In this document: one piece after another, positions 7,866 to 17,245 of the stretch
How positions within the stretch are numbered: the stretch's first letter is position 1
How the letters are laid out: each line of letters opens with the position of its first letter
Origin: Promethearchaeota archaeon
GTDB taxonomy: Archaea > Asgardarchaeota > Lokiarchaeia > Sigyniarchaeales > SOKP01
Length of the DNA: 23,087 bases
NCBI GenBank assembly: GCA_048938005.1
Contig: JBHLMQ010000050.1
Span: forward strand, 1-23,087
Direction: 5' to 3'
Position numbers and translations under genes: made by a program
Notes under the pieces: generated by a model
What the model was told of the DNA's origin: nothing
Seen by the model: the letters and a program-made list of their open reading frames with translations, nothing else
Database searches by the model: none

Positions 7866-8372
7866 TTAATAACCTCCTTGTCTAATAGCTGCGCTGGATG
7901 TTACTTTACATATTAATTCGTTATTTTGGTTTTTTACAGTTAATAGTAATTCAGCAAATAATATCATACTCTTTTCAACTAACCACACTTTGGAAATCTT
8001 GCCTGTTGAAGTTAATACATCTCCATTTTTAATATCGACACATCCTTCCCAATTATATTTATTTCCGGCATGAAGTAACTTATTTGGATTTAAAACAAGA
8101 GGACGTTCTTCTCCATTTTGCTTAACTTTTAAGCCTGGCACGAGTATGTAAAATGCATTTACAGCAAATGAATTAGCAAAAGCATGACATGCAGTAACCC
8201 CTTCCTCCTCTGGACCAATATATTTTGGATCAGTTATACCATAAATTTTAGCAAAATTGACCATTTTTTTGTATCTACATTTAAATCTAGCACTCCCTGG
8301 AATATCAATACCTTGGAGCGTATTAATAAGAAACTCTGCATTTTTTTTCATTTCTTCATTTTTAGCTTCCAT
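7866..8372 (-). CDS. MaoC N-terminal-like (FAS1 dehydratase / HadA-like) hotdog protein, probable partner subunit
   Basis: FAKIYGITDPKY, LLHAGNKY, IKNGDVL and NQNNELIC motifs. Lacks the D-x-N-P-x-H motif. Lies 2 nt from the MaoC gene. Confidence 0.8.
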   Translation of the reverse strand: MEAKNEEMKKNAEFLINTLQGIDIPGSARFKCRYKKMVNFAKIYGITDPKYIGPEEEGVTACHAFANSFAVNAFYILVPGLKVKQNGEERPLVLNPNKLLHAGNKYNWEGCVDIKNGDVLTSTGKISKVWLVEKSMILFAELLLTVKNQNNELICKVTSSAAIRQGGY

Positions 8373-8442
8373 TTTGATTTTACTCTTAATGATTAAATTA
8401 TATTAATAATAATTTAGGTTTAATTTAATTAAAACTTTAATT

Positions 8443-9165
8443 TCACACTATTTTTGTATAAATTTTTTCTTCAGATTTAACAGATCTAAAGTAATTAAAG
8501 ATTCTAGTGTAATTTTTTGATCCATTTAATAAGAAACAAGATAGATTATACTTACTAATAAGAGTAAGTATGTAAGGATCTATTGGATTTGATCGTCCTT
8601 TTAATTCGCCAACGTTAGATTTTAGTTCAGCTAATTTACCCGATTTTATCATCTCTTTAAATTCTGAAGTTGAGATTTTTTTAATAATCTGATTTTTATT
8701 ATTTATAACACCATCAACATCTTTAATTAAAAAACATTCTTGTAATCCCAATTCCCTTGCTAAAAATAGAGTTATTGAATCAGAAGTCACATCCCAGCTA
8801 TGTGGTAGTTTATCATTTTCTTTCAGAAATTTATATGGTAAAAATATACAAAAAGATTTACTTAACTTTTTCAATCTATCAAAATCTTCAATAATTTCTA
8901 GTTTAGGAAATTTTTTGCTCAACTCTAAACCATTATAGTTCATAGAAATGATTCCCATCCAATGAGCAAGCTCTTCAGTAAATTTTAATTCACTATATAC
9001 TTTTCTGATAAAATTTGCGAGTGAACCTCCTCCAGGTATTAAAATTATTTTTTGAATTAAATTCTCATTAAAAATCTGTGTTAATTGTGAGATGGTAGAT
9101 TTGAGATTTTCAAAATCCTCTAAAATTTTGCCTCCTATTTTGAATATTGATGTTTTAGGTTTCAT
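8443..9165 (-). CDS. mfnE: 5-(aminomethyl)-3-furanmethanol phosphate kinase (amino-acid kinase fold; methanofuran biosynthesis)
   Basis: KIGG, IPGGGSLANFIR, AHWMGI, LPHSWDVTSDSI and KDVDG motifs. Adjacent to mfnF. Confidence 0.85.
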   Translation of the reverse strand: MKPKTSIFKIGGKILEDFENLKSTISQLTQIFNENLIQKIILIPGGGSLANFIRKVYSELKFTEELAHWMGIISMNYNGLELSKKFPKLEIIEDFDRLKKLSKSFCIFLPYKFLKENDKLPHSWDVTSDSITLFLARELGLQECFLIKDVDGVINNKNQIIKKISTSEFKEMIKSGKLAELKSNVGELKGRSNPIDPYILTLISKYNLSCFLLNGSKNYTRIFNYFRSVKSEEKIYTKIV

Positions 9166-9169
9166 ATTT

Positions 9170-10267
9170 TTACGTATCTTTTAATTGATAATAAAAAGCT
9201 CCTGCTACAGCAAAAGCAGAAGAATTAATACGGTCAGGAATCTGTGTAATTTCTTCATAAGAAAAAATGTTATTATATCCTAATTTTTCTAAAGATTTCC
9301 TTATTAAAAACTCAGCAGACAAACCAGTTATTACAAATTTTGGGTAATTTTTAAATTCTTTAAATCTGATGGTAAGGTTATCAATGAACTCTCTAATTTC
9401 GCGTACAATAATATCTAATTGTTTTTGGTAAATATAATTAGCTATAAGGTCTAATTCTTCCCTTGAAATTGTTTCAATGTCCATGCAAATTACCCTAGCA
9501 AGTCGAGCATAACAATTTTCTAAGGATTTTGACCGATTGTCAGCGGTGTCGTTAATATAATCTTTCTCTGAAATATTATTCAAAATTCTGTGCACATCAG
9601 AAATTAAAGCAAATTTCTCAAAGGAAACGCGTATATTTTTACCTTTATAAGGAACATGATGAGTAATGGAAGGAATTGTTGCTCTCAAACCTCCTGTATA
9701 GATTAATTCATTATTTATAAGACGTGAGATATCATCTTTTCCTTTTGGCACTGGAATTGATTTAAAAATAGGAATTATATCAATAGTTGTTGATCCCGCA
9801 TCAATTAAAATACATTGAGATGTAAATCTCCCTAAAAATGAAGCAGTTGATGCCCAATTAGCTGCTGCGATTAAATAATAATCAGATTTAGCAGTTATGT
9901 AATCAACAAATTTATTTTGATTCGTTATAAATTTTAACTTATCCTTATGAAAAATTTTTTCAAGTGCTTCTAATATTGTTAAAATTCCCTCTCTCTTAGT
10001 TTGAAAGGCGTCAGAAAGTTCCGCTGTTATTGTTACTGCAACAAAATCGATTTTTTCTAAATTTAAAGCATTCTTTTCAATTAAATTTAAAACAATTCTA
10101 TTAAACATTTCAGGTATTTGACTTAAAGTTTTTTCCCAGAATGGGAAATATTCAATATAAGAGAATGATTTATAAATCCCCTTATTCTTAAATATAATTA
10201 GAGCTGCTTTAGTGTTTGCTCCTCCAACATCGAGTCCTAAAATATTCATTTCATCCATTTTTGCCAT
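9170..10267 (-). CDS. mfnF: MfnF, hydantoinase-A/ASKHA-family methanofuran biosynthesis enzyme (true start possibly 10249, MNILG)
   Basis: GLDVGGANTK, YFPFW, TITAELSDAFQTKREG, AAANWAST, LIDAGSTTIDIIP, ELIYTGGLR, DTADNR and ARLARVICMD motifs. Confidence 0.88.
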   Translation of the reverse strand: MAKMDEMNILGLDVGGANTKAALIIFKNKGIYKSFSYIEYFPFWEKTLSQIPEMFNRIVLNLIEKNALNLEKIDFVAVTITAELSDAFQTKREGILTILEALEKIFHKDKLKFITNQNKFVDYITAKSDYYLIAAANWASTASFLGRFTSQCILIDAGSTTIDIIPIFKSIPVPKGKDDISRLINNELIYTGGLRATIPSITHHVPYKGKNIRVSFEKFALISDVHRILNNISEKDYINDTADNRSKSLENCYARLARVICMDIETISREELDLIANYIYQKQLDIIVREIREFIDNLTIRFKEFKNYPKFVITGLSAEFLIRKSLEKLGYNNIFSYEEITQIPDRINSSAFAVAGAFYYQLKDT

Positions 10268-11291
10268 ACTTTTGCTTTAAAAGTGATATAATTTTTTCTA
10301 AATTCTCTCCTGTTAAGGCGTTAGTTAAATAATATTCATTTTCCTTCAAGTTTAATTTATCTCTTAAATATTTAATTTCTGAGTCTTTAGTTAAGTCCAT
10401 TTTATTAAATATAATTATAATTTTGGTTCTTCCCTCTTTTGAGAAACTATCCTTTATCTCTTTAAATAACTCAATTTGAGATTCAACAGAGTAACCACAT
10501 GAAATTGAAGGATCGAAGACAAATATTATTAAATCGGAAATAAATCTTAGAGCTAGAATTGCTTGTAATTCAATATTATTTCTTTTAGCCATAGGACGAT
10601 CTAAAATTCCTGGAGTATCTAAACATTGTATTTTAATTTTATCAAATCTTCTCTCAATCTCTAGATGTCCCATATTCAGCTTTTTAGTAGTAAATGGATA
10701 TTCTTTAATTTCAATCTTTTTATTTGTAGAAATATTTTTTACAATACTACTTTTTCCTACATTTGGATACCCCGCAATAACCACACACGGCATTGTGTAA
10801 TCGATTGATGGAATTTCTCTCAAACGTCCTCTTATCTTGTTTAAGTATTCAAGATTATTGCTTTGTTTATTTATGATGGACGATATCCTCCCAAAAGCGG
10901 CTCTTCGTAATTGATCACCTTCTTTTGGAGCTTCTATTCTGCTTAGCTTGCCAATATATTCTCTTTCTATTTGACTAAGAATAGGTAAAATTCCATTTAA
11001 TTTCCCTAAAGTCAATTTTAAATCATCAATATTAACTAAAATAGATGCCAATTCTCTATAAAAATCTGGAAGATCGTCTATAATAGGAACCATCTTTATG
11101 ATATTTAAAATTCGATTTATGAGTTCCTCAATTGCTACCTTAATTCGCTTAGATTCTTTTTTTTTTGCCTTAATTAGAATAGGAGCATTTTTTGAAACCT
11201 GAGCAGAGCTTTTCATTCCCCTCTTAAAGGCGATATCTAATAATTCTTTTGAGCTTAAAACATGATAAAATTCTTCAAAGGGATTTTTCAT
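10251..11291 (-). CDS. nog1: NOG1-family (Obg-like) ribosome-biogenesis GTPase
   Basis: Helical N-domain, G1 AGYPNVGKSS, G2 YPFTTK, G3 DTPGILDRP, RNNIELQAILAL, G4 NKMD. Confidence 0.93.
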   Translation of the reverse strand: MKNPFEEFYHVLSSKELLDIAFKRGMKSSAQVSKNAPILIKAKKKESKRIKVAIEELINRILNIIKMVPIIDDLPDFYRELASILVNIDDLKLTLGKLNGILPILSQIEREYIGKLSRIEAPKEGDQLRRAAFGRISSIINKQSNNLEYLNKIRGRLREIPSIDYTMPCVVIAGYPNVGKSSIVKNISTNKKIEIKEYPFTTKKLNMGHLEIERRFDKIKIQCLDTPGILDRPMAKRNNIELQAILALRFISDLIIFVFDPSISCGYSVESQIELFKEIKDSFSKEGRTKIIIIFNKMDLTKDSEIKYLRDKLNLKENEYYLTNALTGENLEKIISLLKQKYGKNG

Positions 11292-11347
11292 AAAAGTTCA
11301 GTAAATATTTTATTAAAATTATTAAAATAAAAAGAAATTTAAAATAA

Positions 11348-11878
11348 CTATATTTTTGTCCTTAAAATAGATAATTTATTCTCAATTTCTAAAATCTCTT
11401 TTGATAAATCCATTATATCTGTTGATATCGATTTATATAATTCTAATATGTATTCATATCTTTTTATGACTCTTGATGATTTATTTAATTTCTCTTCTTT
11501 TTCTGCTTTTTCTTTCAGCATTTTAATTTTTTCAAATAATTTTTTTATTTCTGGAGATGGAGTGATTTGTAAGGTTGCTTTCTTATCTTCATAGCTTCTT
11601 TTTTCACTAATAACTTTTTGAACACGCTTTTGAAAGTCTTGCTCACTTTTTGTCTGTACCATTGTATCTTGTTTTTCAAATCTGATTAAATTTTTCATCT
11701 GTGCAATTCGCTTGTTGATCATCCCAATTTTTCCTTGAAATCCTAATTGTGAGTAAATTTCTTTAGCTTCTTCTAAAAGTGAAATTGCTAAAATAAATTT
11801 TTTATTATTGAATTCTTCCTTAGAGTTCTTTTCGAGTTCTTCTGCTTTTTTTTCTAACTCATCATAAGGTCCAGGCAT
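11348..11878 (-). CDS. Hypothetical all-alpha protein with TPR/MIT-like helical hairpins
   Basis: 176-aa ORF, K/E-rich. Two similar helical units (KAEELEK...AISLLEEAKEIY and KAEKEEK...VIKRYEYILELY). Confidence 0.65.
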   Translation of the reverse strand: MPGPYDELEKKAEELEKNSKEEFNNKKFILAISLLEEAKEIYSQLGFQGKIGMINKRIAQMKNLIRFEKQDTMVQTKSEQDFQKRVQKVISEKRSYEDKKATLQITPSPEIKKLFEKIKMLKEKAEKEEKLNKSSRVIKRYEYILELYKSISTDIMDLSKEILEIENKLSILRTKI

Positions 11879-12072
11879 GAGTTACACATAATGATAATTG
11901 TTTATAATCCTATAGATCATCAAATAATTTCTTATTTCGTTATAAATTAAAGTTTCTGATATTTAAAAATTTAATAAACAAAAAATATTAATTTAGGATT
12001 CTATGAAAAACTAAGCTTAAAATGTATAAATTTTTCAATACTCTCTGATTTTAAAATCTAATAAAAGTTTTA

Positions 12073-13173
12073 ATGTGGTTACCCATGAAAAAATTTAAAG
12101 TTGGCATATTAGGAGCAACTGGAGTTGTAGGGCAAAATTATATTAAATTATTGCAAAACCATCCTTGGTTTCAAATTGTAGATGTTGCAGCATCACCTAG
12201 ATCAGCAAATAAAACATATAAAGAAGCAGTTAAAGAAAAATGGCAAATGTCATTTTCAATTCCCCATTTATTACAGAATTTAATTGTAAGAGATGTCCAA
12301 GATTTTGAATCGCTAAATTCAGAGGTAAATTTGGTTTTTTCAGCAATAAGTTTGCCCAATAAAGAAGATATAAAAACAATTGAATTTAAATACGCTGAAA
12401 AAGGTATACCTGTAATCTCTAATAATTCAGCACATCGATGGACTCCTGATGTTCCTATGATAATTGGAGAAATTAACCATAACCACACAGATATAATACC
12501 AATCCAACAAAGAAAAAGGGGGTTTGGGAATGGGTTTGTAGTAGTTAAACCTAATTGTTCGCTTCAAAGCTATCTCACCCCTATTTATGCACTGCAGAAA
12601 GCAGGATATAAAATAGACAAATTGATAATCACTACACTTCAAGCAGTTTCGGGGGCAGGTTATCCAGGAGTTCCATCTATGGATATTATTGATAATATTG
12701 TACCTTATATCGGTGGAGAAGAAGAAAAAACAGAGAGAGAACCTTTAAAAATCCTAGGGAAAGTAGGAAATAATGGAATTGTAAATAATGAATCAATACA
12801 AATTAGTGCTACATGTACGAGAGTTCCTGTTAGTGATGGTCATACAGCATCAGTTAATATGAAATTCACAGACAAAAAACCTAAAAAAGAAGAGATTATT
12901 AAAATATGGAAAGATTTTAAATCTGTACCTCAAGAGTTGGATTTACCTTTTGCTCCAAAACAGCCGATAATATACTTAGAAAATATTGATAGACCTCAAC
13001 CAAAGAAGGATAGAGATAATGACAAAGGAATGGCTGTATCAGTGGGTAGACTCAGAGAGGATAACGTTTTTGATTATAAGTTTATATCATTAAGTCATAA
13101 TACAATAAGAGGCGCTGCTGGTGGTGCAATTTTGAATGCGGAATTATTAGTAGCTAAAGGTTTAATAAAATAA
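12073..13173 (+). CDS. asd: Aspartate-semialdehyde dehydrogenase (archaeal/fungal type); likely start 12085
   Basis: GILGATGVVGQ, SNNSAHR, catalytic PNCS, QAVSGAGYPG, ATCTRVPVSDGH and HNTIRGAAGG motifs. Confidence 0.96.
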   Translation: MWLPMKKFKVGILGATGVVGQNYIKLLQNHPWFQIVDVAASPRSANKTYKEAVKEKWQMSFSIPHLLQNLIVRDVQDFESLNSEVNLVFSAISLPNKEDIKTIEFKYAEKGIPVISNNSAHRWTPDVPMIIGEINHNHTDIIPIQQRKRGFGNGFVVVKPNCSLQSYLTPIYALQKAGYKIDKLIITTLQAVSGAGYPGVPSMDIIDNIVPYIGGEEEKTEREPLKILGKVGNNGIVNNESIQISATCTRVPVSDGHTASVNMKFTDKKPKKEEIIKIWKDFKSVPQELDLPFAPKQPIIYLENIDRPQPKKDRDNDKGMAVSVGRLREDNVFDYKFISLSHNTIRGAAGGAILNAELLVAKGLIK

Positions 13174-13232
13174 TGTATAAAATTAATTGTCATTAAAATA
13201 TTACCACATATTTTAATTCTTGAGAAATGGTA

Positions 13233-14816
13233 TTAAAATTCGTGTTTATCAATTAAAATGGGTAAGATAAGTCTTAAAAATGATATTGTTCCTTTCCTCT
13301 TGATTAATTCATGTGGTGGAAACTCTGGATAAATTGTTAAATATTCCTTTTTCTTCAACATCTTTAACGTTTTTAATCTGGGGAAAAATACCGATTTTGC
13401 ATGTCCAAAAATAAAATTTTTAAATATGTTTTGAAGTAAGAATTTATCTAAAATAACAGTAGTAGATACAAAGCCATATTTTTTTGATATAATTTCCTTA
13501 ATTGAATCTAAGGGAATGTAGTAAGTGCCTGAAAAAAGCTCCTCTTTGTTAATTTTCTTAATCCTTTTCAACGTACTGTTTTCAAATTCTAATAAAATTA
13601 AATGCTCACATATGTTCTTTAAAAGACTTTTTTGAGGTATTTTAACCTTTTTATTTTTCTTATGGTCTGAAATAATTAATAAGACTTTAGAATTTAATCC
13701 AAAATAAAAATCAATGTAGTTAGTAATGACCTCCGGTATTGCCCAATGGGAAAGTTTCTTAAGATTTAAATTAAATCCAAAAAGTCTAAGTATAAATCTT
13801 ATCAAACTATTGTAAATATTGGGGCGTGGAACCATTTCCCAGTGAGTCTCATAACTACGGTATCCATAAAGAGCTTTCTGAAGTAAAAATTGTATGTTAT
13901 CCTTTTTTAATGGAATTGCTAACTCGGAAATGTCTGAGATAAATGAGATCATGTCATTTTGATTTAAATAATATGTCTTTTCTGTTTTTAATTTCTTTTG
14001 AATTATACGTAAAATATCTTTTATATTTAAATTATCTTTATTAATTCCAAAATCATCAGGTGTGAAAAATTTTAAAGATAACTCTGATTTACCAGATTTT
14101 AATACTTTTTTTTGTAGTAAAACTATTACCTTTATATTACTACCATCTATTAATAGAGAAGTGTTGAATTCAGGCAAAATTTCTTCTATGAATTTAAATA
14201 AACTTCGGATTTGTATTCTATTCAATAATTTTATACTCTCTCTAAGGAATTTAAAAATGGTTGGTTCAGGATAAACTAAAAATAAATTTTCTTCAAAAAA
14301 TTTTTGAATTAAAATCATAATTCGTGTAAAAAACTGATATTGAGAAATTATATCAATGTTTTCACAATGTTTATTTATTAAATCAATAGCTTCTTTCTTA
14401 AATAACCTAATTGAAGATATTCGAACAGTTTTTTCTTTCATTATTAGAGTTTGGATTTTATTAAATAAATCATCTAATTTATCAATATCCAAACTTTTAA
14501 TACGAATTAATTCATTTGGTAGAGGTTCTACCCTCTCATGAATTCCTGCCTTCTTAGTTTTATATAAATATAAACCAACTATCTTATTCTTTTTGTTTGT
14601 TTCAGATATTATAATGTCAAGGATATTTTGTTGGTCATTTATAAATTTCGGATAGAGAAGTTCAAAAAAATTATATAAAAGATTAGCATTAACAGTTATA
14701 GGGCTTAATGGTATTCTTACATATTCTTTTTCCAATTGGGGCTCTTCTACGATATCTCTTCTTGCATTAAATTTTAATATTTTTAACCAATTATTTTTAA
14801 ATTCTTTATTTATCAA
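13233..14816 (-). CDS. Hypothetical protein (527 aa), no recognised domain
   Basis: Long uninterrupted ORF in very AT-rich DNA, 4 nt downstream of the DUF362 gene. TTG start. Confidence 0.75.
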   Translation of the reverse strand: MINKEFKNNWLKILKFNARRDIVEEPQLEKEYVRIPLSPITVNANLLYNFFELLYPKFINDQQNILDIIISETNKKNKIVGLYLYKTKKAGIHERVEPLPNELIRIKSLDIDKLDDLFNKIQTLIMKEKTVRISSIRLFKKEAIDLINKHCENIDIISQYQFFTRIMILIQKFFEENLFLVYPEPTIFKFLRESIKLLNRIQIRSLFKFIEEILPEFNTSLLIDGSNIKVIVLLQKKVLKSGKSELSLKFFTPDDFGINKDNLNIKDILRIIQKKLKTEKTYYLNQNDMISFISDISELAIPLKKDNIQFLLQKALYGYRSYETHWEMVPRPNIYNSLIRFILRLFGFNLNLKKLSHWAIPEVITNYIDFYFGLNSKVLLIISDHKKNKKVKIPQKSLLKNICEHLILLEFENSTLKRIKKINKEELFSGTYYIPLDSIKEIISKKYGFVSTTVILDKFLLQNIFKNFIFGHAKSVFFPRLKTLKMLKKKEYLTIYPEFPPHELIKRKGTISFLRLILPILIDKHEF

Positions 14817-14820
14817 TTTA

Positions 14821-16293
14821 CTAGAGCGTCTCCCAAATCTTTAATTTATTATTTAAGTCTCCCTCAATCCAAAAGTTGTTTATTTTCATAAACAAGTTTA
14901 AATTTGGAACATTTTTCTTACCATAATACTCCAATATTAATTTTAAACAATTAAAAATTTCAGGGGGACATCCAGATAATTCCAATATATTCTTATTAGA
15001 TTTTTCCTTAATTTTTGTTTTCTTTTTATGCTTCTCTTCTTTAAAAAACTTTTTTTTTAATTTTGCTTTGGTGGTTTTCTTAGTTTCAACAGTAATTTTT
15101 CTGAAATTATAATTTTTTGTGCTGTTTACAGCACAATCTCCGAATAGGATAACATTTCCAATATCCTTCGGCTCGGTTGGGTTTTCACCAACTAAAAAGG
15201 AATTATGTATATTATATTTCAGATCTTTTCCCATATATGTTTTCATGAGATTTAGTATATGGTAAGCTTGTTTGAAGCATCCCGAGCAATACTTACCCGA
15301 TTCTATGGAAAAATTCCTCACTTGAACATCTTTGAGATTTGAAACACATAGTTCAACTTCAGTCCTAACATCTTCAACTTTTTCCCCAAGAATCTTAATA
15401 TTTGAATATTGAGGTATTGTTATATTTTTATATCGTGCTTGTACTATTAATTCAATATCATTAATATCAAGATTCAACACTTGCGATGTAATAAGATCAA
15501 CTGCAATTGCATCATCACCAATTATCATTAAGCCTGTCTTTTTTAAATTAGAATCTTTATAAATATAAGGACCCGCCCTTTCTAATATGTAAAATAAATC
15601 ATTAATTACTAAATTGGGTTGTCTGATCGTGAAAATGTCTAAAATATTCGAAATCAAGTCTTTTTTGTATTGATCAAATGAAATATACTCTTTAGTTCTG
15701 TTACAATTTTTACCAATTTCTTGATATTTTGTAGGAATAATGGAATATGAATTTAATAATGATGAGTTAAACTTGAATAAAGGATTTACATTAATTTGGT
15801 TAACAACGATAAATTTATTCGAATTGAGAACTATTTTAGGAATTAGAAATTCCTTATCATTTATTTTAACCATCTTAAGTGAATCATATTTAATTTTTTT
15901 TAATTGATCTTGATTAATTTCCTTCTTATCAAAATCATCACTATTATCTAAAAATGCTAATTGTGCTCCAAGAGAGTTAAAATATTCTTTTAGGTTTAAT
16001 AAATCTGATACAACTTTAATTGGGATTCCCTTAAAAGGAAAACTACCTAAATAAATTTTCTCAGCTCCTCCTTCTTTGCACGAAACAATAAGTGTTTCCA
16101 GAACATCTAGATTTGTATTTGTTGGAAAGCCACTGGGTAAATTTAAATTAAATTTTATAAATACTTGGTCACCCTTATTAATATATTTAGAAAGCCCTCC
16201 AAGTCTTTCAACTCCTTTTATCAAACTTTCTTTTGGTGTATCACCTTTACTTATAGTGACTTCTGGTTTCTTTGACTTTGATTGGACTAACAT
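14821..16293 (-). CDS. DUF362-domain protein with C-terminal Fe-S-type Cys motifs
   Basis: LGGLSKYINKGDQVFIKFN, PNLVIND, RAGP and DAIAVD motifs. C-terminal CSGC...GDC...GCPP. Confidence 0.8.
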   Translation of the reverse strand: MLVQSKSKKPEVTISKGDTPKESLIKGVERLGGLSKYINKGDQVFIKFNLNLPSGFPTNTNLDVLETLIVSCKEGGAEKIYLGSFPFKGIPIKVVSDLLNLKEYFNSLGAQLAFLDNSDDFDKKEINQDQLKKIKYDSLKMVKINDKEFLIPKIVLNSNKFIVVNQINVNPLFKFNSSLLNSYSIIPTKYQEIGKNCNRTKEYISFDQYKKDLISNILDIFTIRQPNLVINDLFYILERAGPYIYKDSNLKKTGLMIIGDDAIAVDLITSQVLNLDINDIELIVQARYKNITIPQYSNIKILGEKVEDVRTEVELCVSNLKDVQVRNFSIESGKYCSGCFKQAYHILNLMKTYMGKDLKYNIHNSFLVGENPTEPKDIGNVILFGDCAVNSTKNYNFRKITVETKKTTKAKLKKKFFKEEKHKKKTKIKEKSNKNILELSGCPPEIFNCLKLILEYYGKKNVPNLNLFMKINNFWIEGDLNNKLKIWETL

Positions 16294-16375
16294 GAAAAAG
16301 TTTTACAACATTCATTTATTAAATTAATAATATAAAATAATGAAAGAATAGAATTTTAAGTTAAGTGATAAATAG

Positions 16376-17245
16376 ATGTCAAAGATTATTTTAAGCGATA
16401 ATGATATCAAAATTCCGCCAGATATAATTGGAATCGATATGGGGCAAAGTCTTTCGAAATTAGCCTATTTAGAAGATAATCTATTAACATTATCCTATTT
16501 TCCTACTCAAACCAGCATTTCAGATATTAAATTATTTTTGAATTCAAAGAAAGAGCGGTTTAAAATATTCAATTTTACTGGAGGTAAGAGTTTTGAATTA
16601 TATAAAGAATATTCAAAAGATATTAAGACTCACATAATAAATGAATTCGAAGCAAATGTTAGAGGCATAGAATTCCTCCATAATATGGAAAAAAAGAAAG
16701 AAATCTCGAGAACATTGATAGTAACCATAGGAACAGGGACATCAATTGTCTTAAAAGATGAAACTTACCAACATCTCGGAGGATCTGCGATGGGCGGTGG
16801 TTTCTTTATGGGTATAATAAAAGTTCTATTCAATATTGATACTTTTCAAGAAGCAATAAAATTAGCAAAAAAAGGAAATCGATACAATGTTGATTTAAAA
16901 GTTTCAGATATTTATGCTCCTGAAGATGATAGGGTTGATCAACTTTTTAGGGAATTCACTGCTGCCTCATTGGGTAAGATTGATGAGAATTATGACACTA
17001 AATATTTAAATAAAGAAGATTTTATTACGTCTATAATTTGTCTAATTGGCGAAAATTTAGGTACAATTGCAACAATTTTAGCTGATAATAATGATGTAAC
17101 AAATATTGTCTTTTGTGGGGGTTTCTTAATAGAAAATAAGATTTTAAAGAAAATTCTATCTCTTTTATGCAAGGTTAATAAAAAAAAAGCAATTTTTTTA
17201 AAAAACTCTGAATTTTGTGCGGCCATTGGAGCTTTATTAATATAA
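16376..17245 (+). CDS. coaW: Type II pantothenate kinase (Fumble/CoaW, ASKHA fold)
   Basis: GIDMGQSLSK, FTGG, EFEANVRG, IGTGTSI, GGSAMGGG, GNRYNVDLKVSDIY, AASLGK, FCGGF and AIGAL motifs. Confidence 0.88.
   Translation: MSKIILSDNDIKIPPDIIGIDMGQSLSKLAYLEDNLLTLSYFPTQTSISDIKLFLNSKKERFKIFNFTGGKSFELYKEYSKDIKTHIINEFEANVRGIEFLHNMEKKKEISRTLIVTIGTGTSIVLKDETYQHLGGSAMGGGFFMGIIKVLFNIDTFQEAIKLAKKGNRYNVDLKVSDIYAPEDDRVDQLFREFTAASLGKIDENYDTKYLNKEDFITSIICLIGENLGTIATILADNNDVTNIVFCGGFLIENKILKKILSLLCKVNKKKAIFLKNSEFCAAIGALLI

Noticed and set aside
8443-10253. Possible Sec read-through at the TGA stops of mfnE (8443) and nog1 (10251)
   Set aside because: Both proteins are complete at the TGA, in-frame TAA stops follow shortly, and no SECIS-like element is visible downstream. 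These normal TGA stops also argue against genome-wide UGA reassignment.
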